Shown here piece by piece: positions 18,231-26,543 of a stretch of 47,195 bases of DNA. The stretch lies in sequence record DRR723986_4992, one strand, 5' to 3'. A model generated the notes under the pieces. It was given only the letters and a program-made list of their open reading frames with translations, did not search any database and was not told the origin of the DNA. The stretch's first letter is position 1. Every line of letters begins with the position of its first letter. The translations under genes and the position numbers were made by a program.

Positions 18231-19682
18231 TCAGTCGAGGTCGCCAGCACCGTGGGGCGCGCCCTGCCGGCGGGTCATCCAGAGCCCGAACAGGCCGAAC
18301 ATAAGGGAAACAAAGATGGCATAGGTCGCCGAGACCGCGGGGTTTTCGATCCCGGCGACCAGATTGAGGATCAGGTGGATTCCAAGGCCGAGTCCGGCGG
18401 AGATGGCAACCACCCAGAGCGGAATATGCCGCCGGACAAGTACCCCGAACAACACCGGCACCAGTGAAGCCGCGGCGAGGCCATAGACGCCCTTCTGGGC
18501 AAACAGGCCGATTAGTGGCGGCGGATCCCAGGCGAGCAGCACACCGACCAGGCCAACGGCCACCAGTACCCAGCGCGACAGGGCCAGCGCATCATGGCGT
18601 TCACCGAACAAGGGGCGCACGATATCATTCACCACCATCGCAGAGAGCGCCACCAGAATCCCGTCGAGGGTGCTCATTCCGGCTGTGAGCAAGGTGATAA
18701 AGATGAACACCAGGGCGTACTCACCCCACACCGAATCGCTGAATGCGTGCAGCAGGTATTCCCGCACGACCGTATCCTGGCTGTCGATTTCCAGCCCCGC
18801 AAGCCGGGCGTAGAAACCGATCATCAGCATCAGGGTAAATATCGAGCCGACCACCACCGTGGTGGCGATAAACCGGGTCACATCCTTTTCGCTGCGCAGA
18901 TAAAGCACCTTGGTGAGGATATGCGGCTGCAGCATGAGCGCGAAGGTGATTACAAAGCCGCTGACAAACACCGAGAAGAAATCGAAGTACAGCGAACTGC
19001 CGGTATTGAACGCCGATGCATAATCCACGCCCACCCGCTCCAGTGCCGCCATGCCGTCGGAACCGAAGTACTGCAGCCCCTGTGCGAACAACACCAGGGT
19101 CACCAGCAACATCATGATCCCCTGCAGGGTATTGGTATAGGCATGCGCATAGGTACCGCCCATCAGCACGTAGGAAAAAACGAAGACCAGGACCACCACC
19201 AGGGCCGTCTTTTGCCCCACCGGGAACAAACCGGTCAACAGCAGGCTGCAACCCACCAGGATCAGCACCACAAAGGTGATCGACAGCAGATTGATAAAGG
19301 CGAAAAACAGGCTGAAGCCGCGGTGGTTATAGCGGTAGAAGATCCACTGGGGTATGGTCAGCGCGCCCCCGCTTTCACCCAGCCGCAGGAAGCCCCGGGT
19401 GAGCACCAGGAAGGCGGCGAGGATGCCCAGCGAGCCGGCGACACCGAAATGCAGGTAGGCGGACAGGCCATGGGCATAGACGAAGCCCGGATTGATGACG
19501 AAGGTCGCGGTGGAGGAAATCGAGGCCGCCAGGGTAATACCGACCACATAGGGACTCATGTCCTTGTTGCCGATAGAAAAGCCCTCGACCGTGCCGGTCC
19601 GGCGCATCCCTATCCAGGACAACCAGTACACGAGCACGGCATAGGCGCCGGTCACCAGATATTTGAAGAGTTCCGGGGTCAT
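18231..19682 (-). CDS. Sodium:solute symporter (SSS; PutP/PanF-like)
   Basis: About 13 TM helices; STATFVINPGFVY, YVLMGG...YTNTLQG, QPHIL, TAGMSTLDG. ATG at 19682, with an alternative GTG at 19685. Confidence 0.9.
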   Translation of the reverse strand: MTPELFKYLVTGAYAVLVYWLSWIGMRRTGTVEGFSIGNKDMSPYVVGITLAASISSTATFVINPGFVYAHGLSAYLHFGVAGSLGILAAFLVLTRGFLRLGESGGALTIPQWIFYRYNHRGFSLFFAFINLLSITFVVLILVGCSLLLTGLFPVGQKTALVVVLVFVFSYVLMGGTYAHAYTNTLQGIMMLLVTLVLFAQGLQYFGSDGMAALERVGVDYASAFNTGSSLYFDFFSVFVSGFVITFALMLQPHILTKVLYLRSEKDVTRFIATTVVVGSIFTLMLMIGFYARLAGLEIDSQDTVVREYLLHAFSDSVWGEYALVFIFITLLTAGMSTLDGILVALSAMVVNDIVRPLFGERHDALALSRWVLVAVGLVGVLLAWDPPPLIGLFAQKGVYGLAAASLVPVLFGVLVRRHIPLWVVAISAGLGLGIHLILNLVAGIENPAVSATYAIFVSLMFGLFGLWMTRRQGAPHGAGDLD

Positions 19683-19712
19683 CACGCTGTACAGCCGGGA
19701 AATGAATCACTA

Positions 19713-19741
19713 AGATTATTCAACATTTGTTGAATAATCAA
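19713..19741 (-). promoter_or_regulatory. Symporter promoter overlapping operator C (12-2-12 inverted repeat)
   Basis: GATTATTCAACA-TT-TGTTGAATAATC at 19714-19739. The minus strand reads TTGATT-17bp-TAATCT. A plus-strand TGcTACTGT extended -10 (19745-19753) for tetR is adjacent. Confidence 0.82.
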
Positions 19742-19766
19742 CTGTGCTACTGTTGCCGCCAGGAAT

Positions 19767-20441
19767 ATGACACCGCAGACCATGGCACGACCAAAATCCC
19801 AGACCAAGAGTGAACGCATCCTCGACGTGGCAGAAGAGCTATTCGCCCTGCACGGCTACGACGGCGTCACCTTGCGCCAGATCGCCACCGGTGCCGGGGT
19901 CGACGTTGCACTGGCGAGCTACCACTTTGGCAAAAAGCTCGATCTGTTCCACGCGGTCTTCGACCGCCGGGCCGAGCACCTCAATGAAGCACGTCTCGCC
20001 GCGCTGCGCGCCTGCCAGGACTCCGCGGGCAAACGGGGCCCGACGGTGGAGCAGATCATCGAGTCCTTTCTGCGACCGCTGGAGCTTGCCCAGGAAACCG
20101 GTGACAGCGGCTGGCGCAACTACCTGTCACTCATTGCCTATATCAACAATTCGCCCTACTGGGGCCCCCGCATGATGTCCAAGCTGTTCGATGACCTGGT
20201 ACAGGAATTCATCGCCGCGCTGCGCAAGGCGCTGCCCGGCGCCAGTGATGAGGATATCTACTGGTGCTATCACAACCTCTCCGGGGCCCTGACCCTGACC
20301 CTGGCACAGACCGGGCGTATCGACCGGCTCTCCGGCGGTAAATGTCGCTCCTCCGATTTCGAGGCCGCCTACGACCACATGATTCCTTTTGTCGCCGCCG
20401 GGTTTCGCAAGGTTTGCAAAAAATCGAGCCCCCGTCGGTAG
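19767..20441 (+). CDS. TetR/AcrR-family transcriptional regulator
   Basis: RILDVAEELFALHGYDGVTLRQIATGAGVDVALASYHFGKK HTH; divergent from the symporter. Confidence 0.95.
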   Translation: MTPQTMARPKSQTKSERILDVAEELFALHGYDGVTLRQIATGAGVDVALASYHFGKKLDLFHAVFDRRAEHLNEARLAALRACQDSAGKRGPTVEQIIESFLRPLELAQETGDSGWRNYLSLIAYINNSPYWGPRMMSKLFDDLVQEFIAALRKALPGASDEDIYWCYHNLSGALTLTLAQTGRIDRLSGGKCRSSDFEAAYDHMIPFVAAGFRKVCKKSSPRR

Positions 20442-20514
20442 CAAGCGGCATTGGTGCGGGTAAAGGAAAGGCTGCTATGCTGAATCTGAACCTGACTGGA
20501 AGCTGAACTGCCCG

Positions 20515-21564
20515 ATGGAATTCCTGACCACGACGCTGCTTACCGTGTGGCCCACAGCGACCATGCTGGTCGCCGCCCTGGTGTTGATCTTCGCGGCGCG
20601 CTGGATAACCGGGCGCAGCAACTCAGCGGCTTCGACCCTGATATTCCAGCTATCGGTCTGGTTCATTGCCTCGCTTGCGATTATCGGGATCATCGCCGCG
20701 CTGCCGATCAGTGAACAGACCCGCGGCCAGATCCTGGGCCTGCTGGGTGTGGTACTGACCGCAGTCATTGCACTGTCATCGACTACCTTTGTCGCCAACG
20801 CCATGGCCGGTGTGATGCTGCAGGCAACCCAACCGTTCCGGCCGGGGGACTATATCCGGGTTGACGGCGCCTTCGGCCGCGTGACCCGCCGCTCGATACT
20901 CCACACCCAGATCCAGACCGAATCCAGTGACTTCACTACCCTGCCCAACCTGTTGCTGGTGACCAGCCCGGTAACCGTGCTGCACCGCGAGGGCACCATT
21001 ATCCACACCGATCTCAGTCTCGGTTACGAGGTGCATTACAGCGACGCGGAAAAACTGCTGCTGCAGGCAGCCACTGATGCCGAACTGATGGAACCCTTTG
21101 TCCTGGTCCAGGACCTGCTGGACCACGCCGTCTCCTACCGGATCTGCGGTTTCCTGCCGGAAATGAAAAACCCCCTCAGCGCGCGCTCCAGGCTGCGCAA
21201 GAACGTGCTGCAACAATTGCACAGTGGCGGCATTGAGATCGTATCACCGAGCTATATGAACCAGCGGGTGCTCGACCCGGCAGTGCGGGTCATTCCCGCA
21301 TCGCCGGTCAGCCCCAAGCCGGCCGCAACGGCGTCCGAGCAGGCCCCGGAAGAAAAGATTTTCGAGAAGGCCGAAGAGGCGGCAAGCCTTGAGGAATTGC
21401 GCCAGGAACAGGAAACCCTGCGCCAGAACATCAAGCGCGAGCGGGCACACCAGAAAAACGCAGCGGATGCGGAAAAGCTGGAGCTGGACGCGGTTATCGC
21501 CCGCCTGGAACAGCGCGAGCAGTGGTTGGCGGGCCTGATAGAACGCCGCTCGAAAGAAGACTAG
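20515..21564 (+). CDS. Small-conductance mechanosensitive channel (MscS family)
   Basis: Three TM helices, ANAMAGVML...PFRPGDYIRV...GRV, TLPN; C-terminal coiled-coil-like tail. Confidence 0.88.
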   Translation: MEFLTTTLLTVWPTATMLVAALVLIFAARWITGRSNSAASTLIFQLSVWFIASLAIIGIIAALPISEQTRGQILGLLGVVLTAVIALSSTTFVANAMAGVMLQATQPFRPGDYIRVDGAFGRVTRRSILHTQIQTESSDFTTLPNLLLVTSPVTVLHREGTIIHTDLSLGYEVHYSDAEKLLLQAATDAELMEPFVLVQDLLDHAVSYRICGFLPEMKNPLSARSRLRKNVLQQLHSGGIEIVSPSYMNQRVLDPAVRVIPASPVSPKPAATASEQAPEEKIFEKAEEAASLEELRQEQETLRQNIKRERAHQKNAADAEKLELDAVIARLEQREQWLAGLIERRSKED

Positions 21565-22283
21565 GCTAAGGCGCGAACGACCGAGACTTCCACCGCATCA
21601 TGGATGGTATCGCTGTATTCCATGTGGGTGTCGTAGTGCGTGTTGTCATACCTGCCACAATCGCGCACATGGCTCAGGTAGCCCCCCGCCTCGAACATTC
21701 CCACGTTGTCCGCGACGATGATGGTGCCGGGCGCGGTGATCCCCTGGGCCTCGATCGCCAGTAAGTCAGGCAGGTACTGGTCTTTCCAGTGGTCAATAAA
21801 GACCAGTTGGTACACCTTATCGAGAGCCGGGATCACCTCTGCCGCCGAACCATCGTGCACGGTCACCACCTCAGCCAGACCGGCATGCTCGATCACCTGG
21901 CGTGCAACCGCCGCCGTCTCGGGGTTCTTCTCCAGGGAGTCGATATGTCCCTTGCCAACCAGATGCTGGCCCATAAGAACCGCGGAGTATCCGCAGTAAG
22001 TCCCGAGTTCCAGCACATTGCCCGCACCGGACGCCTGTAACTCTTTGAGGAGAATGCGCCCCTTCACGTCGCCCACGTTCATCAGGAAGCGCTGTTTACA
22101 GGCAAACTCATCCATGGCAGCAATCACGGCCGCCGCGTCCCCCGGGGGAACATGTTGGCGAAGGTAGTCCAGCACCCGCTGCGGGCGTGAGGGTCGAAGC
22201 AAGAGTTTGTCTGCAAGAGCGAGAAATCCCTCGCGCACGCCGAATCCGATGATTGCCGAGGATGGTTTTATTTTCATGGCCAT
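21561..22283 (-). CDS. SAM-dependent O-methyltransferase, catechol-O-methyltransferase-like
   Basis: MNVGDVKG, LELGTYCGYSA, FIDHWKDQYLPDL, VADNV. Confidence 0.88.
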   Translation of the reverse strand: MAMKIKPSSAIIGFGVREGFLALADKLLLRPSRPQRVLDYLRQHVPPGDAAAVIAAMDEFACKQRFLMNVGDVKGRILLKELQASGAGNVLELGTYCGYSAVLMGQHLVGKGHIDSLEKNPETAAVARQVIEHAGLAEVVTVHDGSAAEVIPALDKVYQLVFIDHWKDQYLPDLLAIEAQGITAPGTIIVADNVGMFEAGGYLSHVRDCGRYDNTHYDTHMEYSDTIHDAVEVSVVRALA

Positions 22284-22337
22284 GGCAGTGCCCTCCGGCC
22301 AGCGCCGCCAGTCTCCAGGCGGGCAGCTCTCACACCA

Positions 22338-22688
22338 TTATAAGTCGACTTCCTGGTTAAACTCCCGTTCTATTCGCTGCTGCATCTCGTACTGGGCAAT
22401 TCCCTTGCGACGCCCCGAGTCGCGCATCCGCTGCTGAAAACGCTGCCGCCGGTATAGAGCCACGAGGCGCGGAAACCGCTCAACCTCCTCCTCTCCGGCG
22501 ATCAGGGACTCGATAAACGCGATATCGATACCGACCCGGTAGGCAATCCGGCTGGGCCGAATCTTGTGGGCATGATATTCCGCAACAATGTGAACCTGCT
22601 GCTCGCGGCTGTAGTGACACTCCCTGGAATACCCGAAGGGTGGACTGGGAGTGCGGGTATCCGCTGCTGGGTCGGCGTCTTTCGTCAT
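22338..22688 (-). CDS. Hypothetical protein, possible HTH-like segment
   Basis: Compact charged ORF (IRPSRIAYRVGIDIAFIESLI) filling the gap between genes. Start reassigned to 22688. Confidence 0.65.
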   Translation of the reverse strand: MTKDADPAADTRTPSPPFGYSRECHYSREQQVHIVAEYHAHKIRPSRIAYRVGIDIAFIESLIAGEEEVERFPRLVALYRRQRFQQRMRDSGRRKGIAQYEMQQRIEREFNQEVDL

Positions 22689-22902
22689 GCCTGCTTTTCT
22701 AACAGCTGAGGCCGGGATTGCCAAGCCGAACCGCGATTCCGCACCAGAACGCCCCGCCGCAGCCCTGCTATCTGGCCGGATATGACCGCCATTTGCGGTT
22801 AAATTCTATCCAATCCGCCACTATACTGGCGGACCGTCGGCTGCCCGGAGGCAGCGGCGTGTTCCCGAAACCTGATACGAACATAAACACAGGAGCGACG
22901 CT

Positions 22903-24363
22903 ATGAACGCACCGCAGCAAGTCGGCATCGAGGGCGATGTAGAAACCCGCATGCTGGAAGCACTGAAAAACCAGCGGGCCAGCTATCTGCAGGAGGGTGC
23001 CGTCAGCGCCGAAGCCCGCATCGACCGAATCGATCGCGCCATTGATGCCCTGATCCGCTACGGGGAACGCATCAGCGAGGCGCTGAACACGGATTTCACC
23101 TGCCGCCCGCGTGAGGTGTCCATGCTCACCGACGTAATCGGCTCAGTCGGCACCCTGAAGCACGCCAAAAAGCACCTGCGCAAATGGATGAAGCCGGAAA
23201 AGCGTCCCACCGTATTTCCGCTCAACCTGCTCGGTGGTCGCTCGCGGATCGAGTACCAGCCGCTGGGCGTCGTGGGGATCGTCGCCCCCTGGAATTTCCC
23301 GGTGTCCATGGTTTTCCAGCCCCTGTCAGGCATTCTTGCCGCCGGCAACCGGGCCATGATCAAGCCATCCGAGTTCACCCCGGCCACGTCAGAAATCATC
23401 GCCGAAATGATCGCCGATGCCTTTGATCCCACCGAGGCAGCCGTGTTCACCGGCGGCCCGGAAGTCGGCCAGGCGTTTTCCTCGCTGCCCTTTGACCACA
23501 TGATTTTTACCGGCGCTACCGGTATCGCGCGTCACATCATGGCCGCTGCAAGCCGCAACCTGGTCCCGGTCACCCTGGAGCTGGGCGGCAAGTCGCCAGT
23601 GATCCTGTCCCGCAGCGCCGATGTCGGCAAGAGCATGGAACGGGTAATGCTGGGCAAGACCCTCAATGCCGGCCAGATCTGCCTGGCGCCCGACTACCTG
23701 CTGGTGCCCGAAGAGAAGCTGGACGAGGTGATTGCCGCGGCCACGAACGCGGTGGCCAGCATGTACCCCAAGCTGCTGGATAACGAGCAGTACACCTCGG
23801 TCGTCAACGAGCGCCACTACCAGCGCCTGAATGGCTATATCGCCGAGGCGGAGCAGCGCGGCCAGACCGTCATTCCGATCAATCCGGGTAACGAGGATTT
23901 CAGCCAGCAGCAGGGCACCTTCAAGATTCCGCCGACCCTGGTGCCACAGCCGGCAGATGACCTGTCGATGATGGAAGAAGAGATGTTCGGGCCGGTACTG
24001 CCGATCCGCACCTACAAGCAGTTTGACGAGACCATCGACTATATCAACAGCAAGCCCCGCCCCCTGGCCGCCTATTATTTCGGTGAGGACAAGCAGGAAG
24101 AAGAGGCAATGATCTCCCGGACCACCTCCGGCGGTGTCTGCGTCAACGACGTGATCATGCACATCATGCAGGAAGACCTGCCCTTTGGCGGGGTCGGCCC
24201 CAGCGGTATGGGTGCCTATCATGGCCTGGAAGGTTTCCGGACCTTCAGCCACGCCAAGTCGGTCTACCGCCAGACCGGGGTCAATGTCGCCAAGCTCGGC
24301 GGCATGCTGCCTCCCTACGGCAACAGCACCGAGAAAACCATCAAGATGCAGTTCAAGAAGTAA
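22903..24363 (+). CDS. Aldehyde dehydrogenase, coniferyl-aldehyde dehydrogenase (CalB)-like
   Basis: QPLGVVGIVAPWNFP, IKPSE, FTG, LELGGKSP, NAGQICLAPDY, EEMFGP, PFGGVGPSGMG. AGGAG SD. Confidence 0.93.
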   Translation: MNAPQQVGIEGDVETRMLEALKNQRASYLQEGAVSAEARIDRIDRAIDALIRYGERISEALNTDFTCRPREVSMLTDVIGSVGTLKHAKKHLRKWMKPEKRPTVFPLNLLGGRSRIEYQPLGVVGIVAPWNFPVSMVFQPLSGILAAGNRAMIKPSEFTPATSEIIAEMIADAFDPTEAAVFTGGPEVGQAFSSLPFDHMIFTGATGIARHIMAAASRNLVPVTLELGGKSPVILSRSADVGKSMERVMLGKTLNAGQICLAPDYLLVPEEKLDEVIAAATNAVASMYPKLLDNEQYTSVVNERHYQRLNGYIAEAEQRGQTVIPINPGNEDFSQQQGTFKIPPTLVPQPADDLSMMEEEMFGPVLPIRTYKQFDETIDYINSKPRPLAAYYFGEDKQEEEAMISRTTSGGVCVNDVIMHIMQEDLPFGGVGPSGMGAYHGLEGFRTFSHAKSVYRQTGVNVAKLGGMLPPYGNSTEKTIKMQFKK

Positions 24364-24384
24364 GCGTCTGTTCAGCAAGCGACG

Positions 24385-24408
24385 ACGGGGGGCATAGCCC
24401 CCCGTTTT
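24385..24408 (+). terminator. Intrinsic terminator after the aldehyde dehydrogenase
   Basis: ACGGGGGGC-ATA-GCCCCCCGT followed by TTT. Confidence 0.7.
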
Positions 24409-24574
24409 CGTTCAGGGCTGACCGGCCCGCATCTGTAGCGTTTCCAGCAGCGAAATATTGACCATCATCAAGGAAAGCCCGGTTCACGATTGGCGCTGCC
24501 GCCACACCTACCTATGCTCTATGCATAGCTGCTCGCCGGCCACGGGTCGGGGAGGTGGGCTGGGAGCATCGCTC

Positions 24575-25027
24575 ATGGAAATGTGGTTCGATCACACCGG
24601 CGTCGACGACCGGGGCATACACCGCAAGCGCGCCCTGCCCTCAAAGCAGGACACCACCCTGGCCATCGATCTCACCCCCATGCTCGATGTGGTGATGATC
24701 ATGTTGATCTTCTTTATCGTCGCGGGTTCTTTCGTGCGTGAGGTGGCCGTCGAAGTCGAACGCAAGCCATCCAGCAACCAGCAGTCGAGCGAGCCGTCCG
24801 AGAATATTTCCGTCCAGATCTCGGCGACTGACGAATTCTGGATCAAGGGCCGAAAAGTGGATGGCCGCTCGATCAGGGCCAACATCAGCCGCCTGCGAGC
24901 CGAGAATCCAAAGGCCAAGGTGGTCATCAGGGCTCACAACGGTTCTACGGTTGCCGGGGTGACCCGGGTTGTGGATGCCGCGCGAGAAGCCGGCATCTAC
25001 GCTGTATCCCTGACGACGGGGGAATAG
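24575..25027 (+). CDS. exbD: ExbD/TolR-family protein (orphan copy)
   Basis: IDLTPMLDVVMIMLIFFIV with the conserved TM Asp; C-terminal VVIRAH...VVDAAREAG. Start 24575 or 24581. Confidence 0.85.
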   Translation: MEMWFDHTGVDDRGIHRKRALPSKQDTTLAIDLTPMLDVVMIMLIFFIVAGSFVREVAVEVERKPSSNQQSSEPSENISVQISATDEFWIKGRKVDGRSIRANISRLRAENPKAKVVIRAHNGSTVAGVTRVVDAAREAGIYAVSLTTGE

Positions 25028-25042
25028 GACCAGGCGCGGTCG

Positions 25043-25234
25043 CTAGCGGATTCTGCCACCCACGGAGATGCTGGTGTGCACCCGCGGACTCCAGCCACCG
25101 TGGCCGCCATAGTAACCGCCGTAGCCACTGGAAACCCCGATACTGCCGTACACCTGCGGGTCATCACAGCCCGCCAGCGAGACCACTACAGCGGCCACGA
25201 GCAGGCTTCTGGTCCACTTCCACAAGCTGTTCAT
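25043..25234 (-). CDS. Small Gly/Tyr-rich lipoprotein
   Basis: Lipobox LAGC; GYGGYYGGHGGW; ATGA overlap with the upstream VOC gene. Confidence 0.7.
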   Translation of the reverse strand: MNSLWKWTRSLLVAAVVVSLAGCDDPQVYGSIGVSSGYGGYYGGHGGWSPRVHTSISVGGRIR

Positions 25235-26160
25235 TGTGCATCTCCCTGACCAGATTCGGCCATCAAGCCCCTGTCACCCGCTGCCAGAGGCCAGGTCTGC
25301 AGTGCGATACCGGCACCCGAGGGGCCGGCTATCACCGCAACGTGACCGCCCAGCGGCCTCGCCGTGGCCGGCATCAACACCGTGCCGCCGAGACCTTCGG
25401 TCCGGCGGACGATATCCTCCAGGCTGGCGAGGTCTGCAACCCGCAGGTAACTCACCCACATGGGCGGCATCTCCGGCACCGGCTGGTTGCGGATTCCAGC
25501 ACGCACCCGCCCCTGGGAGCTGAGCACCCGGTAGGATTCGTCGGCATCATTGCCGATCTCAAATTGCTCGAGGTCGAAAGGGGCCAGGCCCTGGTAGAAG
25601 GCGGCGGCCTGCGCCGGGTCTGCCGCCCACAGTTCATCCCAGAGAAAACCCCCGAGCTCGGCGGGCTGATCACTATCGGCGGGATCTGCGCTGCCGGTCT
25701 GCAGCAGGGCCAGCACCGCTCCCTGAGGGTCTGCTACCACACTGATGGTTCCCCGTTCGCCGAGGGACGTCGGCGGCGTGAACACCGTGCCGCCCGCCCG
25801 GGCGAGGGCTTCGGCAGCCGCGGCTACATCGGCCACCGCCATCACCACGACCCATTGGGAAATATCCGCGTCAGTTGGCAACCGGTTCTGGTCGACCATG
25901 CCGCCAATCAATCTGCCCTGGTGCCGGACCAGCGTGTAATTCGCGCCCACCACAGCCAGCGGCTCGAACTCCCAGCCGAACAGCCCGGCATAAAAGGCCT
26001 CCGTCTGTTCCGGGGTGTCGGTGAGCAGGTCGTGCCAGATGATTTTGCCAGGCAGGGTCTCAGCCGGTTCGGAACCAGCCAGCGGCGGCAAATCAAACCG
26101 GGTGCTGGCACAGGCCGCAAGCACCACGGCCAGGCTGCACAGGATAATGGTTGCTCTCAC
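25231..26160 (-). CDS. Two-domain VOC (glyoxalase/bleomycin-resistance) lipoprotein
   Basis: Lipobox LAAC; two repeats WHDLLT...FYAGLFGW and WDELWA...FYQGL; VADPQGA and IAGPSGA. GTG start at 26160 with a GGAG SD. Confidence 0.83.
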   Translation of the reverse strand: MRATIILCSLAVVLAACASTRFDLPPLAGSEPAETLPGKIIWHDLLTDTPEQTEAFYAGLFGWEFEPLAVVGANYTLVRHQGRLIGGMVDQNRLPTDADISQWVVVMAVADVAAAAEALARAGGTVFTPPTSLGERGTISVVADPQGAVLALLQTGSADPADSDQPAELGGFLWDELWAADPAQAAAFYQGLAPFDLEQFEIGNDADESYRVLSSQGRVRAGIRNQPVPEMPPMWVSYLRVADLASLEDIVRRTEGLGGTVLMPATARPLGGHVAVIAGPSGAGIALQTWPLAAGDRGLMAESGQGDAQ

Positions 26161-26279
26161 CCGTTGTTCTCCCGTCTGTTCAGACGCCACATAATAGACC
26201 AATGCGCATTAAACAGAAGGTCTGGCAGCGGGATACCAGTGATGCAATACTGCGCCTGACCGTAAACGGGAGCACGGCC

Positions 26280-26543
26280 ATGCGTTTTACCAGCCTTATT
26301 TTCGCCATCCTTTTCATAGGTGCCTGCAGCGTCGAACCCGGCAGCGAAAAGTGGTGCACCCAGATGGAAGAGAAATCCAAGACCGAGTGGACCTTCGATG
26401 AGGGCAAGACCTATGCGTCGCACTGCCTTATCGACAGCATGACAATCGGTTCAGAGGCCTGGTGTGCGGAACTGGACGACAAGCCCAAGGGTGACTGGAC
26501 CGCAACAGAAGCGGCCGACTACGCCAAGCACTGCGTCATGTAG
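26280..26543 (+). CDS. Lipoprotein with two tandem DUF3012-like repeats
   Basis: Lipobox IGAC; GSEKWC...KSKTEWTFDEGKTYASHC and GSEAWC...KPKGDWTATEAADYAKHC. Confidence 0.82.
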   Translation: MRFTSLIFAILFIGACSVEPGSEKWCTQMEEKSKTEWTFDEGKTYASHCLIDSMTIGSEAWCAELDDKPKGDWTATEAADYAKHCVM

